Translations under genes and position numbers: made by a program
In this document: in pieces, positions 1 to 9,054 of the stretch
Layout: every line of letters starts with the position of its first letter
Numbering within the stretch: position 1 is the first letter of the stretch
Notes under the pieces: generated by a model
What the model saw: only the letters and a program-made list of their open reading frames with translations
Databases searched by the model: none
Told to the model about the DNA's origin: nothing
Assembly: GCA_900234795.1 (NCBI GenBank)
Contig: LT962688.1
Span: 390,001-422,000, forward strand
Reading direction: 5' to 3'
DNA length: 32,000 nt
From: Methylorubrum extorquens
Lineage (GTDB): Bacteria > Pseudomonadota > Alphaproteobacteria > Rhizobiales > Beijerinckiaceae

Positions 1-1397
1 AGCGTACCGCCGCGCTGATCCGGCAGATCGCGCCGATGCGGGGCGACGCCAGCGCCATCGCCGGCGAACTCGACGACGGCGTGCATCGGGCCGCCGGCGC
101 CCGCAGTGCCATCGCCGCGCTCTACGTCCTGGCCGCGGCGAGCCGGGCGCTCACGGCCGCGATGAGCCGCATCCCCGAACCCGGCCAGCGGGTGCGCGAA
201 GCGCAGGCGCTCGCCCTGCGCGCGGTCTCGGAGGGGGACGAATCATGCTCCGAGGCGCTTGCCCGCGACGGCGAGCGGCTGCGCGACCTCGTGGATGCCG
301 GGATGTGCGATGCCGGCGCCACCCTCGACGAGATTGTGGCGCTCCAGCGCGCCCTGGACGTCGTCAACGCCGCGACCTTCGCCGAGGACGGGGTCCGCGC
401 CCTCTCGGACGGCCACGAGCCCCTGCGCCACATCGCCCTGCCGACCCATCGCGACTTTCAGGTCGCCCTGCGGGCGGCGTTGCGCGTGATGATCGCGTTC
501 GGCCTCGCCGCCGGCCTGTTCATCCTGCTCGGGCTGCCGCAATCCTCCTTCGCCCTGGTTCAGGTCGCGGCGACCTGCTCGCTGTCCTCGGTCACGCCCG
601 ATCCGCGCAAGTTCGCGCAAGGCGTCCTGATCGGGATGCCACTCGCCGCCCTCTGCGCCGGGTTCATCCTGTTCGTGGTGCTCAACGGCAACCAGGGCTT
701 TCCCCTGCTCGCCATCGCCATGGCCCCGCCGGTCTTCTTCGGCTGCCTCGTGTCGCTGCACCCGCCGAGCTTCACCATCGGCTTCATCACCCTCGTGTTC
801 ACGCCGGTGCTGCTGGCGCCGGAGAACCCGCAATCCTACGACCCTCAGACCTTCCTCGTGAACGCGCTGCTGGTCGTCTTCGCGGCGGTGATCCTGTTCC
901 TGACGATCCGCCTCGTCCTGCCGATCTCCGCCTCGCAGCACCGTGCCTTCGCCCTCGAAGAGGCCCGTGAAGACCTCGCCGAAGCGCTCGCGGGGGAGGG
1001 CGGCGACGCCACCACGCGCACCAGCCTCAATGCCGACCGACTGTTCCAATTCTCGGCCTGGAACTCCGGCAGCGGCGCGGTGCGCCGGGCGAGCCTTCAC
1101 CACGCCTTCGCGGTGGCGCAGTTGGAGGCCGCCGCCGCGCGAGCCCACGCGCAATTGCGCTCGTTGAGCGAGGTCCGCGGCCTCGCCCCGCTGATCGGTC
1201 GGGCGCGCGAGGCGCTGGCCGCCGCCGGCTCGGACGATCTCGACCGGGCGGCGCGCGCACTGATCGGCGAGGCGCGCGTGCAGGACCGCACCGTGCGCAT
1301 GCAGCTCGCGCGTGCCGCGACAGACCTCGCGACCGCCTCGCGCGTTATCCGGCGGCACGGGCGCTTCTTCCGGCGCCTCTCCCTTCCCAACGCCTGA
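1..1397 (+). CDS. FUSC-family (AaeB / fusaric-acid-resistance-like) inner-membrane efflux protein; 5' end lies outside the window
   Basis: The frame is open from nt 3 through the first ATG (36) to TGA 1395-1397, so the gene enters from upstream. It has hydrophobic helices (FGLAAGLFILLGLP, LIGMPLAALCAGFILFVVL, VNALLVVFAAVILFLTIRLVL) followed by a long Ala/Arg-rich helical tail. A DUF1656-type mini-protein and a HlyD adaptor follow directly, giving an aaeXAB-like gene set. Confidence 0.7.
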   Translation, partial: RTAALIRQIAPMRGDASAIAGELDDGVHRAAGARSAIAALYVLAAASRALTAAMSRIPEPGQRVREAQALALRAVSEGDESCSEALARDGERLRDLVDAGMCDAGATLDEIVALQRALDVVNAATFAEDGVRALSDGHEPLRHIALPTHRDFQVALRAALRVMIAFGLAAGLFILLGLPQSSFALVQVAATCSLSSVTPDPRKFAQGVLIGMPLAALCAGFILFVVLNGNQGFPLLAIAMAPPVFFGCLVSLHPPSFTIGFITLVFTPVLLAPENPQSYDPQTFLVNALLVVFAAVILFLTIRLVLPISASQHRAFALEEAREDLAEALAGEGGDATTRTSLNADRLFQFSAWNSGSGAVRRASLHHAFAVAQLEAAAARAHAQLRSLSEVRGLAPLIGRAREALAAAGSDDLDRAARALIGEARVQDRTVRMQLARAATDLATASRVIRRHGRFFRRLSLPNA

Positions 1398-1405
1398 CGT
1401 CTTTC

Positions 1406-1600
1406 ATGCAGCACGACCTCGCCATCGGCGGAATTCTGGTCTCGCCCTTCATCGCCTACGCGCTGATCGCCTTCGCGCTGCTGGTGGCCCTCCGGGTCGT
1501 GTTCCGCTGGATCCGGTTCGGGCGCTTCGTCGCCAACCCGCCTCTGGCGGAAGCGGGGATCTACGTCTGCCTTCTCGCGCTCGTGGTGGTGCTCCTGTGA
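1406..1600 (+). CDS. DUF1656 (AaeX-like) small two-helix membrane protein
   Basis: The 64-aa ORF is almost entirely hydrophobic (ILVSPFIAYALIAFALLVALRVVF ... GIYVCLLALVVVLL). It starts 8 nt after the FUSC stop. Its TGA overlaps the GTG of the next gene (GTGA at 1597-1600). This position matches aaeX in aaeXAB-type loci. Confidence 0.7.
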   Translation: MQHDLAIGGILVSPFIAYALIAFALLVALRVVFRWIRFGRFVANPPLAEAGIYVCLLALVVVLL

Positions 1601-2676
1601 AACGCGACGACGAAGGGCCGGCCGAAAGCCCGCAACAGGATCACATCCCGGCCGACGCGACGCATTCCGACGAGCCGCTCAAGGCGCAAGGCCCGGCCAA
1701 GGCGCTTCCGATCGGACGGCGTCGGCGAGGGGGCCGCCTACTGCGGCTGGCCGCGACCGGCCTCGTCCTCGCCTTCGCAGCGGTGGCGGCCACCATCGTG
1801 TGGCAGTTCTATGTGACCGCGCCCTGGACACGCGACGGGCGGGTCCGCGTGCAGGTGGTCAACATCGCCCCGCAGGTCGCCGGCACCATCGTCGAGCTGC
1901 GAGTCACCGACAACCAGGAGGTGAAGAAGGGCGACGTTCTCTACGTCATAGACCCGTTCGATTATCAGGAGGCGGTGGTCTCGGCCGAGGCCGCGATCAA
2001 GAACCGCGAGGCCGACCTCTCGGTGAAGGAGGCGCAGTCGGCCCGGCGGGCCGCGCTCTCGACGGTCTCGACCTCGGTCGAGGAGAAGCAGCAATTCGCG
2101 GGTACCGCCAAGATCGCCGAGGCGGCGCTGGAGACCGCCAGGTCGCAGCTTTCGCAGGCGAAGAAGAACCTCGAACGTACGCAGGTGCGCTCGACGGTGA
2201 ACGGGCGCGTCACCAACCTGCTGCTGCGGGTCGGCGACTACGCGCAGACCGGCACCGCCAACGCGCGGGTGATCGACACCGATTCCTTCTGGGTCGACGG
2301 TTATTTCGAAGAGACGAAGATGGCGCATATCCACGTCGGCGCCCCCGCTGAGATGGCGCTGATGGGCTACGACGCCACGCTGAAGGGCACGGTCGAGAGC
2401 CTGACGCTCGGCATCTCGACCGCCAATGCCGCGACGAGCACGCAAGGCCTGCCGAACGTCGATCCGGTCTATACCTGGGTGCGGCTCGCCCAGCGGGTTC
2501 CGGTGCGCATCCGCATCGACCACGTGCCGCCGGAGGTGACCCTGGTGGCGGGCATGACCGCGACGGTGGTGGTCGGCGACGGCCGCGAGGGCCAGCCGTC
2601 CTGGGTCAAGACGGCGCGCGACTGGATCTTTGGTCGTCCCGACCGGACCGAGCCCGTCGCACAGCCGAAGAACTGA
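1597..2676 (+). CDS. HlyD-family (AaeA-like) membrane-fusion / efflux adaptor protein
   Basis: The real start is taken as GTG 1597, which overlaps the DUF1656 stop; the 1312 start in the ORF track runs through the two upstream genes. A TM anchor (LLRLAATGLVLAFAAVAATIVW) is followed by the typical PWTRDGRVRVQVVNIAPQVAGTIVELRVTDNQEVKKGDVLYVIDP lipoyl/hairpin signature of AaeA/EmrA-type adaptors. Confidence 0.85.
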   Translation: MKRDDEGPAESPQQDHIPADATHSDEPLKAQGPAKALPIGRRRRGGRLLRLAATGLVLAFAAVAATIVWQFYVTAPWTRDGRVRVQVVNIAPQVAGTIVELRVTDNQEVKKGDVLYVIDPFDYQEAVVSAEAAIKNREADLSVKEAQSARRAALSTVSTSVEEKQQFAGTAKIAEAALETARSQLSQAKKNLERTQVRSTVNGRVTNLLLRVGDYAQTGTANARVIDTDSFWVDGYFEETKMAHIHVGAPAEMALMGYDATLKGTVESLTLGISTANAATSTQGLPNVDPVYTWVRLAQRVPVRIRIDHVPPEVTLVAGMTATVVVGDGREGQPSWVKTARDWIFGRPDRTEPVAQPKN

Positions 2677-2732
2677 GGCCGCGACTGCCCGTGGACGGTG
2701 CGGCGCCCAAGAAAATTCGGTAGAGCGGCTCC

Positions 2733-4082
2733 ATGGCCGCTTCCCCCCTCGTCCGCTTCGCTCCCTCGCCGACCGGCTTCCTGCATATCGGCAATGCCCG
2801 GCCCGCGTTGCTGAACGCGCTGTTCGCGCGCCGCGAGGGCGGGCGCTTCCTGCTGCGCCTCGACGACACCGACCGCGAGCGCTCGACGGAGGAATTCGCC
2901 ACTGCCGTGGCCGAGGATCTCGGCTGGCTCGGCATCGAGCCGGACCTGTTCTTCCGTCAGAGCGATCGCACCGCCCTCTACGATACGGCGGCCGAGCGGC
3001 TGAAGGCGGCCGGACGGCTCTATCCCTGCTACGAGACACCGGAGGAGCTGGATCGCCGCCGCAAGCGCCAGCTCGGCCGCGGTCTGCCGCCGATCTACGA
3101 CCGGGCGGCGCTCGCGCTGACCGAGGCCGAGCGCGCCGCGTTCGAGGCCGAGGGCCGGCAGTCGCATTGGCGGTTCAAGCTCGACCACCGCGTCGTCGCC
3201 TGGAACGACCTCGTGCGGGGCGAAAGCCATGTCGATTGCGCCTCGCTCTCCGACCCCGTGCTGGTGCGTGCCGACGGGAGCTACCTCTACACGCTGCCCT
3301 CGGTGGTGGACGACGCGGAGGTCGGCGTGACCCACGTGATCCGCGGCGAGGATCACGTCACGAATACCGGCGTGCAGGTGCAGCTCTTCGAAGCCCTCGC
3401 CGCCGCCGTGCCCGCCTTCGGCCACCACAACCTGCTGACGACGGCGGACGGGGAGGGGCTGTCGAAGCGCCTCGGCCACCTGTCGCTGCGCTCGCTGCGC
3501 GAGGCCGGCTACGAGCCCGCTGCCGTGCGCTCGCTCGCGGTGCTGACTGGCTCGGCCGAGGCCGTGCGCCCGATCGCCTCTCTCGACGAACTGGCTGATC
3601 TCGTCGACCTCGCCCACCTCTCCCGCGCCCCGGCCCGGTTCGACCCGGCCGAACTCGAAGGGATGAACGCGCGCCTCGTCCACGACATGCCGCTCGAAGC
3701 GGTGCACGAGCGGCTCGCCGCCCTCGGTGTCCCGGCGGAGGCGGCGGAAGCCTTCTGGCTGGCGGTGCGGGCGAATCTCGGCCGCGTCTCGGACGCCGCC
3801 GCATGGTGGCAGGTGGTGAACGGGCCGGTGACGCCCGTGATCGCCGAGCCCGACTTCATCGCGAAGGCCGCCGGCCTGCTGCCGGAGGCGCCGTTCGGCC
3901 CCGGTACGTGGAAGGCCTGGACCGACGCGGTGAAGACCGAGACCGGCGCCAAGGGCCGCGCCCTGTTCATGCCGCTGCGCCTCGCGCTCACCGGCCTCGA
4001 CCACGGGCCGGACCTCGCGGCGCTGCTGCCGCTGATCGGGCGCGAGCGGGCCGTGCGGCGGCTCGCCGGCGAGACCGCCTAA
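2733..4082 (+). CDS. gltX: glutamate--tRNA ligase
   Basis: 449 aa. The class I HIGH motif appears as [19 protein letters not shown], with [11 protein letters not shown] following. The KMSKS-equivalent LSKRLGHLS and the [10 protein letters not shown] block are present. Confidence 0.93.
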   Translation: MAASPLVRFAPSPTGFLHIGNARPALLNALFARREGGRFLLRLDDTDRERSTEEFATAVAEDLGWLGIEPDLFFRQSDRTALYDTAAERLKAAGRLYPCYETPEELDRRRKRQLGRGLPPIYDRAALALTEAERAAFEAEGRQSHWRFKLDHRVVAWNDLVRGESHVDCASLSDPVLVRADGSYLYTLPSVVDDAEVGVTHVIRGEDHVTNTGVQVQLFEALAAAVPAFGHHNLLTTADGEGLSKRLGHLSLRSLREAGYEPAAVRSLAVLTGSAEAVRPIASLDELADLVDLAHLSRAPARFDPAELEGMNARLVHDMPLEAVHERLAALGVPAEAAEAFWLAVRANLGRVSDAAAWWQVVNGPVTPVIAEPDFIAKAAGLLPEAPFGPGTWKAWTDAVKTETGAKGRALFMPLRLALTGLDHGPDLAALLPLIGRERAVRRLAGETA

Positions 4083-4858
4083 TCCGAAACCCCATCGGGT
4101 TCGGCCTCGATCATCATGACGTCGAGGGTGAAGCTGCCGTCGTCCTCCAGGGCAAAGTGGGATCGCACCGGTTCCGGCGCGCCGGTCTGAAGCGCGCGGA
4201 TGGCGGCGATGCTCGCTTCCGGCGTGCCCATCCGGGCGACCCATGACGGAAACTCCATGCGCACGCGCCAGCGCCGGACGGCGCCGGGCACGAAGCCGGC
4301 CTCCGCCAGCATCCGGCACCACTCCGCCTCGCCGTAATCGCGGACATGCGAGGGGTCGCGCAGCAGCTCCCAGGCTTGGAGATGTGTATCGAGCAGGGGC
4401 GGCCCGGGATGCACGACATCGACGAGGCCGAAGCGCCCCCCGGGGGCCAGCACGCGGTGCGCCTCCCGCAGGGCGGCGGGCACGTCGCCCCAATGGTGGG
4501 CGCTGTAACGCGACACCACGCCGTCGAAGCTCGCATCGGCGAAGGGCAGCGCCTCGACACTGGCCTTCCGCGTGGCGACATTCGCCAAGCCGCGCCGCTG
4601 CGCTTCCGCCGCCACCGCGTCGAGCATGGCCTGCGACAGGTCGAGGGCGGTGACGGAGCGGACCTGCGGCGCCACCGCGTAGGTGACGTGGCCGCCGCCG
4701 CAGCCGAGATCGAGCACGGCAGCATGGGGGAGGGCGGCAAAGCGCGCCAAAGCCGCAAGATCCTCGCCCGCGGCATGGACGGCGCTCGCGACGTAATCGG
4801 CGGCGCGGGAGCCGAATTGGCGCGCGGTGTGGGCGTCGTGGCTCAGCGGCTGGCTCAT
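4079..4858 (-). CDS. class I SAM-dependent methyltransferase (Methyltransf_11/UbiE-like)
   Basis: Start is taken at MSQPLSHD (ATG complement at 4856-4858), not the Arg-rich upstream extension. SAM motif I is [11 protein letters not shown], and the later [11 protein letters not shown] is typical of this fold. The start overlaps the upstream gene's stop as ATGA. Confidence 0.8.
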   Translation of the reverse strand: MSQPLSHDAHTARQFGSRAADYVASAVHAAGEDLAALARFAALPHAAVLDLGCGGGHVTYAVAPQVRSVTALDLSQAMLDAVAAEAQRRGLANVATRKASVEALPFADASFDGVVSRYSAHHWGDVPAALREAHRVLAPGGRFGLVDVVHPGPPLLDTHLQAWELLRDPSHVRDYGEAEWCRMLAEAGFVPGAVRRWRVRMEFPSWVARMGTPEASIAAIRALQTGAPEPVRSHFALEDDGSFTLDVMMIEAEPDGVSD

Positions 4859-5346
4859 GGCGTCGGCTCTCCTCCAGCCGCGGCGCGTTCGAGAGCCGCG
4901 ACGTCGAGCTTCACCATGCCCTGCATGGCGGTGAAGACGCGGGCGGCCACATTCGGATCGCGATCGGCGAGGAGGCGCGGCAGCCGCTCCGGCACGATCT
5001 GCCACGGCACGCCCCAGCGGTCGCGCAGCCAGCCGCAGGCGATCTCCGCGCCACCTTCCGCGGTGAGCGCCGACCACAGGCGGTCGACCTCGGCCTGATC
5101 CCGGCACGAGACCGAGATGGAGGCGGCGGTCCCGTAATCGACGGACATGCCGCCGTTCAGCGCCTGGAAGCTCTGCCCGCCGAGGGTGAAGACGATCAGA
5201 ATCGGCTCGCCGGTCTCGCCGCCGGGCCAGGGGCCGGGTGCGCGCTGGACGTGATCGATCCGCGAATCAGGCACGAGCGAGACGTAGAGGCGGACGGCCG
5301 CCTCCGCGTCCTTGTCGAACCACAGGCAGGTGCTGACGCTGGTCAT
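4855..5346 (-). CDS. VOC-superfamily protein, PhnB-like ('3-demethylubiquinone-9 3-methyltransferase' domain, PF06983-type)
   Basis: Start is at MTSVSTCLWFDKDAEAAVRLYVSLVPDSRI. The C-terminal block GWLRDRWGVPWQIVP is characteristic of this family. A GGAGAGGGAGAG Shine-Dalgarno-like run lies just upstream on the minus strand. Confidence 0.85.
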   Translation of the reverse strand: MTSVSTCLWFDKDAEAAVRLYVSLVPDSRIDHVQRAPGPWPGGETGEPILIVFTLGGQSFQALNGGMSVDYGTAASISVSCRDQAEVDRLWSALTAEGGAEIACGWLRDRWGVPWQIVPERLPRLLADRDPNVAARVFTAMQGMVKLDVAALERAAAGGEPTP

Positions 5347-5434
5347 GTCGCGCTCTCCCTCTCCGCCAACAGGATAACGAGCGCATGACGCGAAACTCAA
5401 TCGGGTCGCATGATCGTATCAACGCCACGCCATG

Positions 5435-6649
5435 TCAGCCGCTCGTGGGCGGGAGCGGCGCGAGCCGCGTCAGGCGCAGCGCGATCAGCAAAGCCGCCAC
5501 GTAGAGGCTGCCGAAGAAGCCCGCGACGCCGGGCCAGCCGTAATGCAGGAAGAACCAGCCGCCCGCCGTGCCGAGCAGGGACGAGCCGAGATAGTACATG
5601 CAGAGATAGATCGCGGAGGCCTGTGCCCGGTCGGTCAAGGCTCGGCGCCCGACCCAGCTCGACGCCACCGAATGCGCGCCGAAGAAGCTGACCGTGACGA
5701 CGACGATGCCACTGATGATGAGGACGAGGTTGTCCGCCAGCGTCAGGGCGATGCCGCCGATCCCGAGCAGGATCGCCAGCCACAGCACCTTGCGCCGCCC
5801 CAGCACCCCGGCGATGTGGCCGGTGATGGCCGAACTCGCCGTGCCCGCGAGGTAGACGATGAAGATCAGGCCGATCACCGTCTGGCTCAACGAGAACGGC
5901 GGATCGAGCAGGCGGAAGCCGATGTAGTTGTAGACGCAGACGAATCCGCCCATCAGCAGGAACGGTTCGAAGAACAGCCAGGGTAGGCCCGCATCCCGGA
6001 AATGGTGGGTGAAGGTGCCCGGCACCTCGCGCCAGCGCATCCGGTGGGCGAGAAAGTGCCGCGAGGGCGGCAGGGCGAACTGGAAGGCCAGAGCCGCGAA
6101 CAGCGCCAGCACGCCGATGATGCCGAGGCCCCAGCGCCAGGAGGCGTGATCGGCGATCACCCCCGCCAGCAGCCGCCCGACCATGCCGCCGAGCGCGTTG
6201 CCGCCGATGAGCAGCCCCATCGACAGGCCGATGGCGCGGCCGTGCATCTCCTCACTGAGATAGGCCATGGCGACGGCGGGCAAGCCGCTCGCGGCGATGC
6301 CGGTCAGCGCCCGTAGCACCAGGAATCCATGCCAGCTCGGCATCAGGACGGCGCCGATCGTGAGCAGGGCCGAGGCGAACAGCGAGACCGCCATCACCCG
6401 CTTGCGCCCCCATACCTCGGAGAGCGGGCTGACGATCAGCAGCGCAATCGCGAGCGTGGCGCAGGGCAGCGACAGCGCTAGGCTGCTCTCGGCCGGGGAG
6501 ACCGCAAAGGTGTCGTGAAAGATCGGCAGCAACGGCTGGACGCCGTAGAGCACCGCGAAGGTGGAAAACCCCGCCGCGAACAGAGCGAGCGTCGCTCGGC
6601 GAAAGGTCGGCGTCCCGGCCTCAATGAACCGGTCGCTGTCGTCCGCCAT
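5435..6649 (-). CDS. MFS transporter (YnfM-like)
   Basis: About 12 predicted hydrophobic helices, with an MFS signature around GRKRVM. Start is set at MADDSD (6649) because the longer ORF (to 6685) runs into the 6674-6708 palindrome. Confidence 0.8.
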   Translation of the reverse strand: MADDSDRFIEAGTPTFRRATLALFAAGFSTFAVLYGVQPLLPIFHDTFAVSPAESSLALSLPCATLAIALLIVSPLSEVWGRKRVMAVSLFASALLTIGAVLMPSWHGFLVLRALTGIAASGLPAVAMAYLSEEMHGRAIGLSMGLLIGGNALGGMVGRLLAGVIADHASWRWGLGIIGVLALFAALAFQFALPPSRHFLAHRMRWREVPGTFTHHFRDAGLPWLFFEPFLLMGGFVCVYNYIGFRLLDPPFSLSQTVIGLIFIVYLAGTASSAITGHIAGVLGRRKVLWLAILLGIGGIALTLADNLVLIISGIVVVTVSFFGAHSVASSWVGRRALTDRAQASAIYLCMYYLGSSLLGTAGGWFFLHYGWPGVAGFFGSLYVAALLIALRLTRLAPLPPTSG

Positions 6650-6673
6650 CGCCGTCCCGTGTTGCTCACGCTT

Positions 6674-6708
6674 ACCCTCCCCCACCTGCGCCGCAGGTGG
6701 GGGAGGGT
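6674..6708 (-). terminator. 17-bp-arm perfect palindrome (ACCCTCCCCCACCTGCG c CGCAGGTGGGGGAGGGT) between the OmpA-like stop and the MFS start; likely a terminator or REP-like hairpin
   Basis: Read directly from the sequence. It begins 12 nt downstream of the OmpA-like stop codon on the minus strand. No U-tract follows, so it is not a canonical intrinsic terminator. Confidence 0.45.
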
Positions 6709-6719
6709 CAAGATGTTGA

Positions 6720-8891
6720 TTAACGCGGTGCAGCGGGTTGTTGCCCCTCCGCCTGCTGCTGGAGCAGCGGGGTGATGCGGCGGACGGTGACGCGGCGGTT
6801 CTCGCGGTTGGCGTCCTGCGTGTTCACCTTCAGGTACTGTTCGCCGTAGCCCTGCGTGGTGAGGTTCTCCGGCGGCACCTGGAAGTTCTGCGTCAGCACC
6901 GAGGCGACCGACTGCGCGCGGCGGTCGGAGAGCGAGAGGTTGTCGATGTCCGAGCCGACCGCATCGGTGTAGCCCTCGATCAGGAACACCTCCTGCGGAT
7001 TGTCCTTGATTGTCCGGTTGATCGCCTCGGCGATGGTCGAGAGGCGCTTGGCCTGATCGGGCGTGACGGTGAAAGAGCCGGTGTCGAAGGTGATCGTGTT
7101 GATGTCCACCGACGGCATCCGCGCCCGCAGCTGCGGGCTGTAGCGCACCTGATCGAGCGTGTAGCGCCGATCGAGCTTCTGTACCGGCGGGGCTGAGAGC
7201 GCCTCGTAGACGGCGCGCTCGTCCGCCTGCTCGTAATCCACCACGTAGCGGTCGCGGGGGATGCGGATGTCCGGCGGCGGCAGTTCCACCACGTCCTCGT
7301 AGATCGGCCGGGGCGCACCGCCATAGGCGTTGTTGATGATCACCACCTCGCGGCCGTCGCGGTAGCGACGGGAGCGGCGCAGGAGCCGGCCGTCATCGTC
7401 CACGACGGTGATGATCTGGCCGCCCGCCGGGCTGTCGACGTAGCTGTAGATCTCGCCGCCACGCCGTTCACTGCGATAGCCGCGGTCGCCATAGATGGTG
7501 CGGAAGCGCTCGTTCTCGTCGTGGCGGATGAAAGTGGTGTCGCGGTCGCGCACGATGATGCGGCCGGGCTCCCGGTAATAGGTCCGGCCATCGACATCGT
7601 ACTCGCGGCGGTCGCGGCGGATCGTATCGTAGTCGCGGCCGCGATAATCGTCGTCGCGGAAGCCGCCGGGGACGTAGGCCGGCGTGCCCGGCACGTTGAA
7701 GCGGTCACGACGGTCACCACGGCGGTCATCGAGGCGGTTTTCGTCGCGTCGATCACCGTCACGGCGGTCATACCGGTCGTCTCGTCGGTCATCGCGGCGG
7801 TCGCCGTCGCGACGATCATCGAGGCTGCGCGAATCCGGCTGTGTGCCGGGAGCCGGCGCCGGCTGGCCGAGCGGGACGGCCCCGGGCTGGGTCGGGGCCG
7901 CAGCATCGGGCGGTTGAACCGGACGGCCGGGAACACCGGGTTGCTGGTTCGGCGCCACCGGACGGCCGGGAACGCCCGGCTGCTGATTCGGCGGCGTGCG
8001 ACCGTCGGGCGCCTCCCGCGTGCTGTCGGGCTGCGTCGCGGAGGGTGCGGCCGGCTGGTCCGGTCGGGTGGGCTGCTGCACATTCGGCGTCGCCGGACGG
8101 CCGGGAACGCCGGGCCGCTGGTTCGGCGGGGTGTTCGGCTGAGCCGGATTCGGAGCCGTGGGCGGCGTCGGCTGCTCCGGGCGTTCCGCATTGGGTGGCG
8201 TCGGCGCGTTCGGAGCCCGGCGCTGGTTCGGGGCGCTGTCGGGGCGATCGGCCTCGCGGCCGGCGGGACGACCCGGACGGTCCTGGCCATCACGGTCGGG
8301 CCGCTCCGGGGTCTCGCGCCGGGCCGGCGCCTCGCGCTCGGGCGCTTCGCGCCGGGTCGGTGCGTCGCGGTCCGGCGCGCGCTCGCGGGACGCAGGCGCG
8401 GCCGGCCGCTCTTCGGAGCGATCGGGCCGCTGGGGTGGTGTCGCACGTTCGGGACGGTCCGGACGCTCCTGACGATCAGGACGCTCCTGACGTTCTTGGC
8501 GATCAGGACGCTCCTGGCGCTCGGGCCGCTCTTGCCGCTCCTGCGCCGCCGGACGTTCGGGACGAGCCGGCCGCTCGGCGGGTTCGGGCCGCTCACGGGC
8601 GGCAGGCGCTTGGCGCGGCTCGGGCCGCTCCGGACGCTCCGATCTTTCCGGCCTCTCCCTTGCCGGCGGGCCGCCGCGCTCGACGCCGCCACGCTCCGCC
8701 GGGCCGGCACCGCCAAGTCCGCCGGGACCACCCGGTCCGCGTCCGCCACCGCGCGGTCCCTCGCCGGCATCCTCGCGCTGAGCCAACTCGATCCGCCCGC
8801 CGTCACTGAGAGGCCGCGCAGCGGACAGGTCGGACAGGACGAGCGCGGGCAGCATGGTGCCGGCAAGGAGCAGCGAGCGGGTCATCCGCAT
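6720..8891 (-). CDS. OmpA-family protein with signal peptide, about 360-aa low-complexity Pro/Arg/Glu/Asp repeat region and C-terminal OmpA_C peptidoglycan-binding domain
   Basis: Start is at MRMTRSLLLAGTMLPALVLS (ATG complement 8889-8891), which is signal-like. The C terminus EVFLIEGYTDAVGSDIDNLSLSDRRAQSVASVL...NRENRRVTVRR is a canonical OmpA/MotB C-terminal domain. Confidence 0.85.
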   Translation of the reverse strand: MRMTRSLLLAGTMLPALVLSDLSAARPLSDGGRIELAQREDAGEGPRGGGRGPGGPGGLGGAGPAERGGVERGGPPARERPERSERPERPEPRQAPAARERPEPAERPARPERPAAQERQERPERQERPDRQERQERPDRQERPDRPERATPPQRPDRSEERPAAPASRERAPDRDAPTRREAPEREAPARRETPERPDRDGQDRPGRPAGREADRPDSAPNQRRAPNAPTPPNAERPEQPTPPTAPNPAQPNTPPNQRPGVPGRPATPNVQQPTRPDQPAAPSATQPDSTREAPDGRTPPNQQPGVPGRPVAPNQQPGVPGRPVQPPDAAAPTQPGAVPLGQPAPAPGTQPDSRSLDDRRDGDRRDDRRDDRYDRRDGDRRDENRLDDRRGDRRDRFNVPGTPAYVPGGFRDDDYRGRDYDTIRRDRREYDVDGRTYYREPGRIIVRDRDTTFIRHDENERFRTIYGDRGYRSERRGGEIYSYVDSPAGGQIITVVDDDGRLLRRSRRYRDGREVVIINNAYGGAPRPIYEDVVELPPPDIRIPRDRYVVDYEQADERAVYEALSAPPVQKLDRRYTLDQVRYSPQLRARMPSVDINTITFDTGSFTVTPDQAKRLSTIAEAINRTIKDNPQEVFLIEGYTDAVGSDIDNLSLSDRRAQSVASVLTQNFQVPPENLTTQGYGEQYLKVNTQDANRENRRVTVRRITPLLQQQAEGQQPAAPR
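7698..8774 (-). repeat. Coding low-complexity / imperfect tandem-repeat tract inside the OmpA-like gene
   Basis: Three sub-arrays are visible. (E/D)RP(E/D)R(Q) repeats span about 8442-8660, from the DNA unit GATCAGGACGCTCCTG... Three copies of about 33-36 nt encoding PNQQPGVPGRP span 7914-8126. A DRRD/GDRRD array spans 7698-7823. Confidence 0.8.
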
Positions 8892-9054
8892 GAAGTCGGC
8901 CTCGTAAAACACAATCGGCGGTTCCGAACACGGGCTGGCCGGATTGGTTCCCGATCGCTCCACGTCGAGATCCGACGGCGACCGGTCGAAGCAGTTGCTT
9001 CGTCTGCGGCTCATCAGACGACGAAACCGGGCTTTGCGCCCGACGGCGTCGGTC

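Noticed and set aside
2469-4493. 674-aa minus-strand ORF, plus 1738-3039 (-), 243-1358 (-) and similar long ORFs antisense to the efflux genes and gltX
   Set aside because: They are Arg/Gly/Pro/Ala-rich and have no recognisable motifs. They fully overlap genes with strong family signatures on the other strand. These are typical stop-codon-poor shadow ORFs of a roughly 70% GC genome.
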